Positions 23,405 to 37,479 are shown, counted from the whole stretch's first letter. The stretch: DNA of 62,274 nt, filler included, from Globobulimina sp. (GCA_003354225.1; 24 parts of 24 records of this genome joined end to end with filler, not necessarily neighbours in it); one strand, 5' to 3'. Program-made: numbers and translations. The notes: generated by a model not told the origin, from the letters alone.

Positions 23405-25575
23405 GATGAAAACAAACCAGCCACCAACTTAGCCTTAGCTTGCAACACCGTCGTAATCAATGGAATGATTGCCAATGTAGTCGAGACATATACCGATGAT
23501 ATCGTAGAGCGTGGCGCGATGAGTATTAGTAGAAAGACAAATTGTTATTATTGCCCTTCGATTTATTGTGCCAATCCGGGTAAATGATAATAATAATGGA
23601 TAAATCTCTGCGATGGATAACGCTCAGAATGCCACAACACAGATACCATCCAATCAAACATTACATCATCAGCCAATTTCCCAAACAAATCAAACTGAGA
23701 TTTAAACGAATGCCATACAGCGATGAGACGGTTGAAAAGACAGAGTACCAACAGCTCCATGCTTTCAACAAGAGTCCAAGTAAGATTTTAAAACTTCACG
23801 CTTTTATAATCAAAAACGATTATGTGGTCAACGAGCCTGTGTTACAGCAATCGGTAAAACATAATAAGTATCACATAAAATGGTTTGTGCCGCCTGATAA
23901 AAATAGAAAATGGATCCAGAACCACTGGGAAGCGACACACTTTGAATTGAATATGAACCTCCATACTCTGGACAGAAACAACTGGATAAATAACCAGAAG
24001 AATAACGCCATAATATCGCTCAATCAGATGTATAAATATGCAATAAACAAATACCAAACACAAAATCCGCAATTACGAAAATATAAAAATTACTTAGTAA
24101 ACAAAACAACGCAGAAACACACAAACAATCAATATAACCACAAAACCGACATTTCACAAATAATCTTGAAATATCCGTTTATGCAGATCTATGAGCCTGA
24201 CATTGAGCCATTCACCACCACTAAAATAAAAATAAAGAATCTAAAAATAGGTTTTTTGAACATTAATGGCAAGGCAAAAACGAAAATAAATCAGATGCAT
24301 CCTTATATGCAGCAACTAGTAATACACCATAAATTGGATATAATTCTGCTAATTGACACCCGTAGAGTCCATAGACCCGATTGGAGCCTGCCTGGCTACA
24401 AATTAATAGTCCATAAATCGCCAATGATCGCCAATAACCTTCGCAAGGTAGGCGGCATATTAATTTACCATAAAATCAATCTCAAAAATAAAATCAAATT
24501 AATACAGAAAACCAGAGGCCATAATACTGCCTGGATTGCAATTGACAGTGCGGGCCAAAATAAGCCAACTTATATAGCGATCAATTATGCTCGCACTTAC
24601 AAACCAAAACTAGCCAAACGCAGCTCTGACTTCTACGAGTCCCTAACCAATGATGTCCGAAAATATAAAGCGGAGTGCAATGATATGTACGTCATTGGTG
24701 ATTTTAATGCCCGTATGGGTGATATGACCATGGATAGCGCCAAAAATCCCCATTACAAGCACATGAAGAAGCTGTTGGATGAAACAAAATTAAAAATAGC
24801 CAATCCGCAGTTTGCGCCGAAGTTCTTGACGTGCCTCGCGAAAGGAGTCAGAAATACTGGTGGTTCAATCATTGATTACGTAATCACAGAAAACTTGAAT
24901 TCCATTAAGAAGCTGCAGGTTGATACCCACCCAATTTTCATGGACCACCGACCTGTAATATTCACCTTAAACAACATTGATTGCCAAACGGATATAATTG
25001 ATAAACATTTCATACTAAGACAATATAAGCCCAATGACACATTAATAAAATCGCATTATAACATACTGAATAACAGAGCGCGGCACCTACAGAAATTTGC
25101 CAAAAACACAGAATATTATCAGAGTGAGTCAGAGAGAGAATATATATCAAACATAACCTCGATCACTGCAATCTACACCCTTCACCTTGCAACAATTAAA
25201 GCCTTTGGAATAGTCGATTTTGACTCTGCCAATACATGGACCAATATGACATCCAAACAGATCTCCTTAAATATCAAACAACGGCTGTTCATGAACACAA
25301 ATACAAACACCAATGAAATGCATAATTTAATAATCGAAGCTGAAAAAGAATTCGTCCAAAATAAGCAAAATCAATTGACCCAAAATACCCTACGCTTCAA
25401 CAATTTAGATCACTGTAATAAGCTAAAACGGTTCAAAACGTTCAATAAAAATAAAGCCGCTCCCAAAAGTCAGACCGATGATGAAATTGCACAAAGTTGG
25501 ATGGCGATTTATATTCAATCCCGGCAACTTTTATACATTATTTGTCTCAGTGTATACCGGAAACATTTTAGATGA
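23405..25575 (+). mobile_element. Non-LTR retrotransposon fragment: end of ORF1 plus ORF2 with APE-type endonuclease; truncated before RT
   Basis: APE/EEP motifs KIGFLNING, DIILLIDTR, GGILIY, IGDFNAR, SIIDYVIT and DHRPV. The upstream frame 23405-23587 ends in TGA TAA TAA TAA, overlapping the ORF2 ATGs. Confidence 0.85.
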
Positions 25576-26586
25576 AATGTTGATGCTTTATACAGTAAAA
25601 AATCAACAATTTATTGTATTGAATAATTCATTTGAGATTATTAGCAAATACAAAATCATTAACAATGCAAATCATCCATTTTTAAACACAGATAGATACA
25701 GTTTCGATTCAGACGTAGTCGCATTGTACGACTCTATGATTTTAGATCAATGCATTGAAATTTTGCAATATATCCAAGACGATTTATGTTACAATCATTA
25801 CAAATATCATTTTTTAATTGATTCACTGCATTTTTTCCGGGATAACACGTATATAAAATACAAAGATTGGACGCGTCGAATGATAATTGGCATTGGAACA
25901 GGTANNNNNNNNNNNNNNNNNNNNNNNNNNNNNNNNNNNNNNNNNNNNTTAATTAATTAANNNNNNNNNNNNNNNNNNNNNNNNNNNNNNNNNNNNNNNN
26001 NNNNAAATAGGCAAACAAAAACAAACCAAAAAAAGGAAAATAAAAATAACAAAGATACTAATACTACAACATCACAATTCAGGCAACAAACTGGATATGA
26101 CAATAACCCAAACAAAGATTGATAAAGCCCACTTCTTTTTACATCATTGATCTAAATCTTTACATTTTTCATTAATCACGCAATCACAGAAGAGTTTGTC
26201 GTACAAATATCCGGTCTTTTTTTTAACTGTTGATGGTTCCAATAAAATACAATTTTCAATCTGAATATTAGCACCATCTGCATTATAAATAAACGTAGCC
26301 TCCACCTGATGTTTTGATTTACGAATTTGCTGTGCTGCATTCTCATCACAACAATAATGACAATCTCCACAATCACACAACAGAAGTGCTGTCATTTTTA
26401 ATTTTGAATCTCCGATTTGCGCATTACCGAATATTATGTTGCGCTCCATACACACAGCTGCAACAAACACATAATTGAGATAAATAATCCATCGCAAAAT
26501 AATTGAGATAAATAGTTGGGAGTGTCTAGCCAGTTAAATTTTTTTGTTAATTTTAAAACAGCCACTTTAAATTTGATCGAACGACC

Positions 26587-28504
26587 ATGTCACACAAAAG
26601 AGGAAGAAAACGGTCGCGTGGGGCATTTGATAATTTAATTAAAGGGCAACAAACTGTACAAGATTTACATAAATTGAGCAAACCTCGACGAAAGAGACGA
26701 AAAGCAAACAGAACTTTAACACGAGTTTTACAGCAAACAATGGCTAAAGCAACCACCGCGTACATGAATGGAGAGTATGAGACCGCAAAATCATTGGCTC
26801 AAGAAATTGTATTAAAAAAAACAAACTATTCATATGTTTATAATTTGTTAGGCAAAGTAAACGAAGCACAAAAAGATTATTCAAATGCATTGACTGCATA
26901 TCAATGTTATGTATCATTGCGATATCCACTTAAAACGATACAATCGGAAACATCAAGAAATTTATTCAAAGAAAATGACAGTGATACAGACGACAGCGAT
27001 TTTGACGATGCTTTGGATAATAATCCGACAGCCGAACTCATTGAAAAAATTGCAAATTTAGCATTAAAATCAAAGAATTATGCAATGGCATTAGATATGA
27101 TTGGAAAGATTGAATCTCATTATCTCTATTTATTAAATAAGATAATTAAAACTGGCATAGATTTGACTGACAATCAAATTGAAACAAAAAGAACAGAAAT
27201 AATAAATTATTTGGCCTGTATTTATCATAAAAGAGCAAATATTTATAAAATATTAAAACAGTTTGATGCAGAAACGAAAGAATATGAATTAATTTATCAT
27301 TATGTTCATAAAAAAAAGGAGCATCCATTGATTGTCTCTGAGAATACATCAAATCCGGATAAGTTAGAAATGGATTTAAATCATATCGAATTATTACACG
27401 TTTTGAATAAAATATGTCCGAAGTCAGCTAATTGGATAAATTATAAATACTTAAAGGATTATTTTGATATTTTTATGGAAACTAATAAGTACAATGTAGA
27501 TAATAATAAATATATACTATGGCTAATTGATGAGATAAATAATAATATTCCATATACATTCAACAATCAATTAAAGAAGACCTATAAGCAATTATTTTAT
27601 ACATTATTCTCCATTTTTGTGTCTGTTGGAATGGAAATGTGCAGATTTCGAGCCATATTAATTTATTTGCAATGTTTTAGTGAACAATTATCGGAAACAA
27701 ATACGTTTCCATTCACTTTAAACATAAAAAAAGGAATTTGTTTGTTATGGTTAAAGGATAGGTCATTCATCAAATATTATAACGATTTAATAGCAGCACC
27801 CCAACAAACTGGATATGGCTCGCTGTACATGCTGTTTTTAGATGGATTGATTGCAAAAAATAAATTGAAGCTAGCACAAGATTTAATGAATAAAATTGAG
27901 CAAATTGAACATCTCAACCAACCACAAATATGGCTTCGGTTTGCAGATTGCTATACATTGCAAAAGAAATATGACAAAGCAATCCGTCAATACATCAAAG
28001 TCATACACAACACAATGGCAACAAATCAGGATAAAGACGAAGATATATTATTATCTGCGAGATTAAAATTATTAGAAATTTATTTTATTATAAATGATGA
28101 AGAAAATGCGCAAAAACTATTGAAAATCACTCAAAAATATAAAGAACAACAAGTCATTACACACAATAATATCAATACAGACATGAAACAGCACGACGAC
28201 GACAACGACAACGAAGACTATGGTGATGGTGATGGCGATGTTGATGTTGATATCGATGCTAATGAGGCTGTTGATGTATGGTTTAAACCACAGACAAAAA
28301 TGCCAACAAATCCGCAGTTAAGGTCCTATTTTGAAGTGGGATTATTTGGCTCAGCCATTGTACCAAAGGAGTTATTACAGTTAGAACTGTTAAACATTGA
28401 GCTGCGCGCACAATATCTGCAATGTCTGCAGCTCTTTAAAACGCAGCAATATCATCAATATTTACTAAAATGTGAATCCAAAATCATTCAATTATTTGCC
28501 ATTT
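26587..28504 (+). CDS. GTF3C3: TPR protein, probable TFIIIC subunit Tfc4/GTF3C3 (3' partial)
   Basis: Basic N-terminus, then MAKATTAYMNGEYETAKSLAQEIV and later TPRs (IWLRFADCY...AIRQYIKVI...ARLKL) matching Tfc4 architecture as I recall it. Confidence 0.65.
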
Positions 28505-28604
28505 NNNNNNNNNNNNNNNNNNNNNNNNNNNNNNNNNNNNNNNNNNNNTTAATTAATTAANNNNNNNNNNNNNNNNNNNNNNNNNNNNNNNNNNNNNNNN
28601 NNNN

Positions 28605-31103
28605 CATTCAATGATACGAATGTATTATCCATGACAGCGTTAAATGGTAAATACACAGTAAAATTTATTAAAAATCCAAGCAAAACATCAGAATGGCTGT
28701 TATCAACACCAACATATGTTCAAATACCAAACGCAGATAAATCATCCATCGCAGTTACGTTATCCGAAAATGGTGCCGGATGTGGAGACCCTATAATTGC
28801 CATGAATGATAATACCCATTTTGTTGCTGTTGCATTCAGTTAAAAGATATATACTTATTTTAATATTACATTTTTTTCATTGCATGCTTGTATAATATAT
28901 ACAGTGCAACATTCAGTTGGTTTTTATCCACAATGTGACACTGATTTAGCTACAAAAACGACAAATATCTATGATGATTTCACTGATCCTGCACAATCCA
29001 TGTTATTTGATAATAAAAATAATGATTGGTCGCCATTGATTTTAACAGAAAGTAATGGACAAAGAAAAGTACTTTTTTTCTATGATTTAATTAATGGTCA
29101 AACCACTGCATTTGTGACGAGGCAATTGAGTTCAACGGGACATGATGTTCATTTTAAATGTGTATGGAATGGTATTTTTGCTCAACAACAGCCGCTCGAT
29201 GTTTTAATGTATGTTTCCCATCTGATTTTTTTTTGTATACATAAGCACAAGAAATCCATAAATGCGGTGAATTTGTTTATGAAAACGTTCTTTTACTACC
29301 CTACAATGTTTAATGTGAAAATCTTTTCACGTACCATGCTGCCTTGACATGCTTACGGAATTATTGCAATACACAGTGCAACATCAACATCACAAACATG
29401 TAAATTTGAAGACATTACAACTGAATATTGCTCAAACCATTGGGATCACCCGTTAGATTTCTGTGATAATACCACATCTCCGACACATTTATCATTATGG
29501 AATAATCCGACCACCAAATCTAAAGTTGCCAAGAAACAGGAAATCATACATGGTCTATTTAATGAAACACAACAACTCTATGTTGTTTATCACAATTTAG
29601 CTGATCATCAACTAATTAAATTCAATATAATATTCTATATTGATCCCACTACATTGACAGCTTCGGACATTATCAATTTTCAAATCGAATTCATTGACAC
29701 AAAATTAATTGTAGCAAATTATGCAGCGTCAAATAGTTTAATTTGTGAAGACAACGACTGGATCACTGCAGCAACAAAATATTGTTCATTTGCAATCGCA
29801 AACCCATACACATATAACCATACAAACAGTTCTATGAAAGTTACAATATCAGCTGATATAACCAGTGGTATATCGCCGTTACTTTGGGGCTTCAATGAAT
29901 TTTGTGTTGATTCATCATATATAAGGTATACAACTTGCATTTCTCAATATTTTATGATAATGTTTGTATTATTTTTAAAGAACACCGCATCCAACACCAG
30001 AACCAACAATATCTCCAACTTTACCTACCAATGCACCAACTGGATCACCGTCACAACCGCCTACAATTTCGCCAACTGGCTCACCATCGCAACCTCCAAC
30101 TCTTGCCCCATCATATAGTCCTACACAGTTCCCATCCTCTACACCGTCGCAACCACCTACTAATGCACCCTCTATATCACCATCTGTAGCTCCATCACTT
30201 GCTCCAACAAATATGCCTAGTTTAGCACCATCTGGTTTTCCATCGCAACCACCTACAAATGCACCATCTGTGACTCCAACCGTTGCTCCAAGTTTATCTC
30301 CCTCGTCTGCACCTACTTTAGCACCGTCACATGTGCCTACTGTCGGTCCGACAACCGAACCTACGATGGAACCTACGTATGATCCTACGTTAGAACCTAC
30401 GAATGAGCCTACTTTAGATCCTACAGCTGAACCGACATTTGATCCAACGTCTGATCCAACGTATGGACCTACCGATGATCCAACTATAGATCCTACGACA
30501 GGTCCAACATCTGACCCTACTGTGGAACCTACATCTGACCCTTCGTTTGATCCAACTGCTATTCCTACATTTGAACCTACTTTTCGTCCTACTACTAATC
30601 CTACATTGGAACCTACAGTGAATCCTACATTTGATCCAACCTATAATCCCACAAGTTTAGTGAATCCAACCTTTACTCGACAAAGACAAGTTTTTCACTG
30701 AAACTTATAAATCAACATAATGTCACCAACAGTTACTCCAACGTTTGATCCAACAGCGGAACCAACCACAAATCCTACAGTGAAACCGACCGGAGGGCCT
30801 TCTGTATCTCCAACAATTGAACCCACAACAAATCCAACCACGGAACCAACTGTAGAACCGACATATAATCCAATCATAGATCCTACGCTTGATCCAAGTC
30901 ATCATCCAACTACTGATCCTACATTGAATCCTACATCAAAACCAACAATAGTCCCAACATCCATTCCTACATTTCGCCCAACAATGGTTCCTACAAAATC
31001 ACCAACACATATCACATCCACAAATCCCACACCATATCCAACTGGATTTCCTACCAATAATCCAACGACCGAACCAACCTCCATTCCTACATGGAACCCA
31101 ACC
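28605..31103 (+). CDS. Extracellular protein with long xPTxxPT (PT-repeat) mucin-like stalk; multi-exon, partial
   Basis: Dozens of EPT/DPT/NPT/APS tetrapeptides from about 29980 to 31103, preceded by Cys-containing segments interrupted by AT-rich intron-like stretches. Confidence 0.7.
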
Positions 31104-31327
31104 NNNNNNNNNNNNNNNNNNNNNNNNNNNNNNNNNNNNNNNNNNNNTTAATTAATTAANNNNNNNNNNNNNNNNNNNNNNNNNNNNNNNNNNNNNNNNN
31201 NNNCATTACATTGTTCTTTTTTCTGTTTTTTTTTTCCCATAAATAAGTTCTGTTTTGTTTACTTTTTCCCCATTGACTTTTGAGTAGCAGTACATCTTCA
31301 ACTCGATTTAAAAAAGTGTAATTTAAC

Positions 31328-33167
31328 ATGGCCTCTTTGTTTGATGATAATAGAAAATTGATAATGGGCAAAGCATCAACGATGAACGACAAATGGCAAT
31401 TGAATTTATATAAATTATTTCATCGATGTGGTGTCATTCAACCAAGCTCAGAAATATTAACTGTTACAGACAATGGAATGCATTCAATAAATTACAAACA
31501 ATTCAATATATTATGTTCAAATTTAGCAGTTTCGTTAACAAATAAAGTGGGATTGAATGTTGGTGATTGTTGTGGTTCGTTTATGTATAATAATTCAAGA
31601 CATATGTCATTATATTTTACAATTCCTTGCATGGGTTCGATATTACACACATTAAATATTCGATTACATCCAAATGAAATATCTTATTTAATAAAACACG
31701 CTCAGAATAAAATTATTTTTGTTGATTATGATTTGTTGCCATTATTTACTCAAATTCCGATAGAAACATTTCTAAATATTTCCTATCTCATAATATGTGG
31801 TCCAAATGAACTGCCATTAACTCAGTCCCATTGGAATACAATTCAAGAATCCGTTTTTTTTGTGCAATTATCGAAAACTACGCACACAAAATATATGGAT
31901 TACAATGATTTAATTATTAAACATCCAAATAACTCCGATGGACCTTCCTATATTTGGCCAAACTTAGATGAAAAAAGTGGATGTTTTTTATGTTACACAT
32001 CAGGTTAATTTACTTTGAACATCAGATCAGATGTGATGTTACATATTTTGTCCTTATATAATTTGTTTATAATATCTAGGGACCACAGGTAACCCCAAAG
32101 GCGTATTATTTTCACATCGCAGTTTATTTTTACATATTTTGGGTGAATTATCCACGGACAACTTGTCAATATCTGGCATAGATTGTGCATTGCCAATAGT
32201 ACCATTGTACCACGCATTGGGATGGTTATATCCGTTCACTGCAATGTGTTTAGGCTATAAACTGATTCTATTAAATAAATGTAATAATTACAATAGGATA
32301 TTACGCATTTGTTTGCAAAATAATGTGACAATCATTGCCGGTGTACCCACAGTCATTCAATCCTTTAAAAATATTATTATAAATAACGAGAATGTCAGTG
32401 ATAAATATACAAATTATTTGACAACTATATTAAAGCGCGCATTTTGTGGTGGTAGTTCAGCGTCGCCTGCCTTAATAAATTGGTTTTGGAATAAATATAA
32501 AATTGAATTAATGACTGGATGGGGAATGACTGAGATGGCTGGACCGGGCACCACGGCGAGGATGAAAATGACGCAGTTGGATAGAAATCCGCAGATTGAA
32601 AATTTATACAATCCTGGAATTGCTCCGCCTTTATTACATTTGAAATTGGATACAAAGGCAACAAATAATGGTAATATGGGGGAACTGTTGGCCTATGGAC
32701 CGTATGTAACTACTAAATATCATAACGTTTCTGCACCGCATAAATTTGATAAAAATGGCTGGTTAAAAACTGGAGATATTGCACAGATTACAAAGCGGAA
32801 ACAGTTAATTATAAAAGATCGAAGCAAAGATGTTGATATGGAAAATTATATCATGTCATTGGATGTGGATAACATTGTGAAATGTGTTGTAATTGGCGTA
32901 AAACATGAAAAATTTGATGAGAGACCGATTGTTATTATGGAAGCAAAAAAGGAAATTGATCGGAAATTGATTATTGATCACTTAAAATTAAAATATGCAA
33001 ATTTCCAATTGCCAGATGATATTTTATTTTGGAGAAATATTCCGGTTGCTGGCACTGGCAAAATATCAAAAAAAGATATCAGAGAGTTGCTACAGAAACA
33101 AAAATATAAATTGCCCTCTATTCCCTTAAGGAAATTATTGTACAATAATTCTCAGTCAAAGTTGTAA
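31328..33167 (+). CDS. AMP-forming fatty acyl-CoA ligase (AlkK/DmdB-like) with PTS1 signal
   Basis: CYTSG|TTGNPKG across intron 32004-32079, LHTLNIRL, VPLYHALGW, GWGMTE and WLKTGD; ends SKL*. Confidence 0.9.
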
Positions 33168-33200
33168 TTTTACCTCAAGAAAATCACTAAAAATTATTTG

Positions 33201-33702
33201 ATGGCAACAGGCGCAGGCTATACAACAGTCATTCAATCAAAGCAACGTAAGATTTTATTAAATGCTTTAAATACACAAGAATTTGCTGATGTTACATTTA
33301 TTATTGGTGATGAAGAGGCCGAATTCAATATAAATCGTATATTTTTATCATTGATTAGTCCAGTTTTCAAAGCAATGTTATTTGGACATATGAAGGAAAG
33401 TAAGCCAAATTCTGATGTAATAATTAAAGATATGAAGCCTGAAATATTTGAACATGTTCTCAATTTTGCATATTGCAACGATCCAAAGATTACAAAAACC
33501 AATGTATTACTTTTATTGCAAGTATGCGACAAATACCAAATTACATTATTATCAGAAATTTGCCATACCTCAACGAAAATAATTTTTGTCCATATTGTTG
33601 TGCAGCGATCCAATTAAACATATTTAAGGGTGAGATTATTAAAATTATGCAAAATTATCTTTCGGCAAACTGGAGTGCATGTTTACACGGAGATACTTTT
33701 TG
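33201..33702 (+). CDS. BTB/POZ domain protein (3' partial, frameshift near 33565)
   Basis: FADVTFIIG...SPVFKAMLFGHMKES...FEHVLNFAYC. Confidence 0.85.
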
Positions 33703-33802
33703 NNNNNNNNNNNNNNNNNNNNNNNNNNNNNNNNNNNNNNNNNNNNTTAATTAATTAANNNNNNNNNNNNNNNNNNNNNNNNNNNNNNNNNNNNNNNNNN
33801 NN

Positions 33803-34483
33803 ATTCCATTCATTATAAACAAAATGTGGTTCTAATTTTTGTTGATGCGCTCTATTAACGGCCTGATGAATATTTTTTATTCCCATTGGTACAATATAGT
33901 TTTTATGAATATTTAAATGATAAAATAAGATATGTGCATCAATGTCATTTGATTCATACCATCCATATTCGCCTACTCTTTTAATAAATATTCCATGCTT
34001 TGTTTTCCTAAATTCTACACTTTTCATCTCGATCACTGAATTTGTTCCATGCAGTTTTGATCCAAATGAGCCATACCTAAATACCCACAATCCGTGATTT
34101 TCACCATATAATAATTGCACATAAGCGTCAATGCCATTTGATGCTATGTTAACATTCAAATTATTCATTAACAGACACAATCCAATTTCATCTAATTCAC
34201 TCCATTTCGCCTCTGTTATTCGTTTCATTTTTATTATTCCCTTACATTTATATAAACCTTTACCAAATATCTGAGAGTATTGCCTGTCTTTATAATAAAA
34301 CTGAATTTCATTTGTTCCAAATGGGCCAAATGCTAATTTTTGTGGTTTTGTCTCAAACTCAATTTGCCATTCCTGTTTTTCATTGCCAAACATCATTTGC
34401 ATGCTCATTCCACCCATTCCACCCATCATGTGATGATGATGGTGATTATGATGCATAGCACCAAAGCCCATTCGAGGATCCAT
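33803..34483 (-). CDS. Unknown protein with His/Gly/Met-rich N-terminus (3' partial)
   Basis: ATG-initiated ORF of about 227 aa open to the contig end. Confidence 0.55.
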
Positions 34484-34661
34484 GAGTCTACAAGAGTTTT
34501 TTCAATTAATTAGATCTAGGTATCAAATTTTAAAGCCACACTAAATATAAAGCTATATTATAAAATTAAAGTTAATAAAAGCTAGACAGAAACAACAAAA
34601 TAATAAAATAAACACTCAAAAGAAAAAACATCTATTCATTCTATTTGGTATATTGCCAGTG

Positions 34662-36301
34662 TCATATTGCATTATTAGTCGTCGACTCATAATATTCTTG
34701 GCTATATTGTGATTCTACACCGGTACCAGGTATTGTGCACGCACTATCCACTGCGATTAAGTGTACTTTAGGCACTGCAGCTGATTGAGTTAAATCAGTC
34801 CATTCAGTAAATTCAGATACATCTTGTGATGTAAAAGAAGTGTGTTTCCTTGCTTGATATAGTTCAATTCCCGGTAAATCGCATTCATTATCCTCGGCAT
34901 CTGAATATATGATATGATATGATATGATATGATATATTATTAATATACTGTAGTAATATAAATGTATAACATATTAACATACCATAGCTAATAACCGAGG
35001 CGCGTTCAATTCTTTCTCTACATTGTAAAATATTGTTTCTTTGCATTTGATGTTGCAAATAATGTCTTTTGTGTCTAAAATAATTCCAAACTAAAGCCAC
35101 AAATATCGCCGACATGAAACATGTTGCAACACATAACGCTAAAACCACAAACATAATATTTTTGTTTATTGTAATGAAAGCATATTCAGATGATGGTGGC
35201 ATGGAAATTATGCTGCAATCTGCAATTCCAATCAAGTCATTATCATTATCATTATCATTATTGTTCAATATGTTAATCTCCATTGAATTTCCAGAGCAAT
35301 TTATGCTGTTTGGATAAATAAATTGAGAAAGCATTGTGTTGTCGACACATTCATATCTAAATGAAGATGTTGCATTTATTTTGAAACATTCATTAATGAC
35401 TATATTTTTGCTGTATACATGTACTTCATTCAAATTAGTGAAATTACGATAATAATCAACGTTGACAATTGAAGCACCAACATTATCGTTATTACAATTA
35501 AAATCCACAAAATGATGTACAGATATTGTAATATCAAAATAATTATAATCTAATAAGTTATCAAGTGCACATTCTGTATTATTCAGCCATATACGTTTAA
35601 TTATCATTTTATGATCAGAATTTACACAAATATATTTATATGACATTAATAATGTGTATATAAATGGCCTGGCATTTATTTATTGGAATAGGCATTTTTC
35701 CATCGTTAATATATCCAAAAAGATGTGTATTAACCATCAAGCTCTGGGAACAATGCAAAATCTCATAACCAAACAATCCATCAATGGAACATTTATTATG
35801 TTGATACAATGCTGCTCCAAATAAAAATGAATCCACATTACAATTTGAGTCATTATAAAATAATTTATCAATCCGCGTGGACGAGCTCGAGCATGACAAC
35901 TGAGCGTATAAATTGCTATATTCGTTTGAAGGATAACACGTCTTCATCACTAAATGTTTAATCTGCCACGGCCAAACCGAAAAGTTATTGTTTAAATTCG
36001 GATGGCATATTACATCTGACTGTGTATAATCATATTGAATGAAAGACGCAGTATCATAATCACTACAAACTGATGATGCACATTCCATCATATCATCTGA
36101 GACTGAAATGCTTGATTCCAAGTACAAATTTAATGTATTGTCTAAATCCGTTGCTGTCGCACATTTGCTATCATTAAACACAGTTTGTGGCACCGTATAT
36201 AAATTAACACCATCACCGTTACTCTTACATTTATATAAATTATTCATTCCATTTGAATCTTTATCACAAATATCTATTGCATACGGTAATAAATCCAACG
36301 G
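34662..36301 (-). CDS. Cys-rich single-pass membrane protein (5' partial; frameshift near 35645; intron near 34901-34981)
   Basis: Repeated Cys-rich modules and TM IMFVVLALCVATCFMSAIFVALVW. An intron containing an ATATC microsatellite precedes a last exon ending at TGA 34662. Confidence 0.6.
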
Positions 36302-36401
36302 NNNNNNNNNNNNNNNNNNNNNNNNNNNNNNNNNNNNNNNNNNNNTTAATTAATTAANNNNNNNNNNNNNNNNNNNNNNNNNNNNNNNNNNNNNNNNNNN
36401 N

Positions 36402-36702
36402 TGAGATTAAAATGAGGCGTCCATTCTTAATTTTGTTTATTTTTGTGTTTTTTATTTGGGTGCAAGGATAGCGCCATTTGTTTACAACTTTATTGCATAC
36501 CTTTTGGTGGCTTTATTTTGATGATGCCGTATTTTAATCCTTCATCGCGTATTGATTGGATGTATTTCAATGGATTGCTAAACTCAGCAACCGATGGATA
36601 AAATGTTTTTGTTTCTTCTATTGCAGAATAATCATAGTCTGAATATTTTGTTGCGGTCACACTATTTAACTGAGATGTTGCTTTTAGTTCTTCTTTGTTC
36701 AT
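36402..36702 (-). CDS. JmjN domain (KDM5/JARID-type histone demethylase N-terminus), 3' partial
   Basis: TFYPSVAEFSNPLKYIQSIRDEGLKYGIIKIKPPK, then an intron, then WTPHFNL. Confidence 0.8.
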
Positions 36703-36761
36703 TGCAGGAATTACTTTGATGAGCTCGACAGGTTTTTTGTCTAAGTTAGTGAGACTCAATC

Positions 36762-37394
36762 ATGTCAACCAACGTTCCTCTCAATAAGCGGCTTGGGATT
36801 GTCCAGTGTATGGAATTGTTAGTCTTTGGCTTTTTATGTGAGAAACAAGAGCAGCCACAACGGTCATTGATGTGTGCTGATATTGGCAGTATTATCTCCT
36901 CTTTTTTTGGTGGGATATTCAATTGGAAGCTCTGCAATGATGAGTTAGATGCGTTTCTAAATAAGTCCAAGACGTATTTGGTGAGTAAATCGTTTATGTG
37001 CCACGGCTTGGAATTCGTTTGTCATTTGGCTCAGCGTGATTTCATTTCCTTTTTTTGGTCAATTCGAGAAATACCAACAAAGTATAGATCAATTCAAGTG
37101 CGGTACCAATTGCAGTGTCGCGAAACCAATACATTTTGGCATTATCGATCAGTGTGGGCCACCAATGAATTCCTAGAAAGTGAAAATGAGCTTCTATGTG
37201 ATGGGATTGGTTGGCCGTTTTGGCACACATTGGCAAGATCCGACATTAAAAAGGGCGTGAAATGTTTAAATTTTACGTGTTTAATCATAGATTGGGAGCC
37301 TTTGGGTGCTGTGGATGGAATCACCTATTCGGAAAAAACACTGTCCAGCACCGTTGGCGATCGATATCAGTTTTCTACTTTAAGTGAATATTAA
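36762..37394 (+). CDS. Unknown protein, possibly MATH/TRAF-like fold
   Basis: Complete 210-aa ORF with FNWK...SKSF...GW pattern. Confidence 0.5.
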   Translation: MSTNVPLNKRLGIVQCMELLVFGFLCEKQEQPQRSLMCADIGSIISSFFGGIFNWKLCNDELDAFLNKSKTYLVSKSFMCHGLEFVCHLAQRDFISFFWSIREIPTKYRSIQVRYQLQCRETNTFWHYRSVWATNEFLESENELLCDGIGWPFWHTLARSDIKKGVKCLNFTCLIIDWEPLGAVDGITYSEKTLSSTVGDRYQFSTLSEY

Positions 37395-37479
37395 ATGTTT
37401 GACCACTGTATAAATCTTGTATATTTTACATATTTCAATGACAACACTGTGAAACTTGCGTCTTGTCTGACATTTATTT

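Noticed and set aside
26144-26497. Small Cys-rich ORF divergent from the TFIIIC-like gene
   Set aside because: It has a non-ATG start and no recognisable domain. It may be a real exon, but I cannot support a call.
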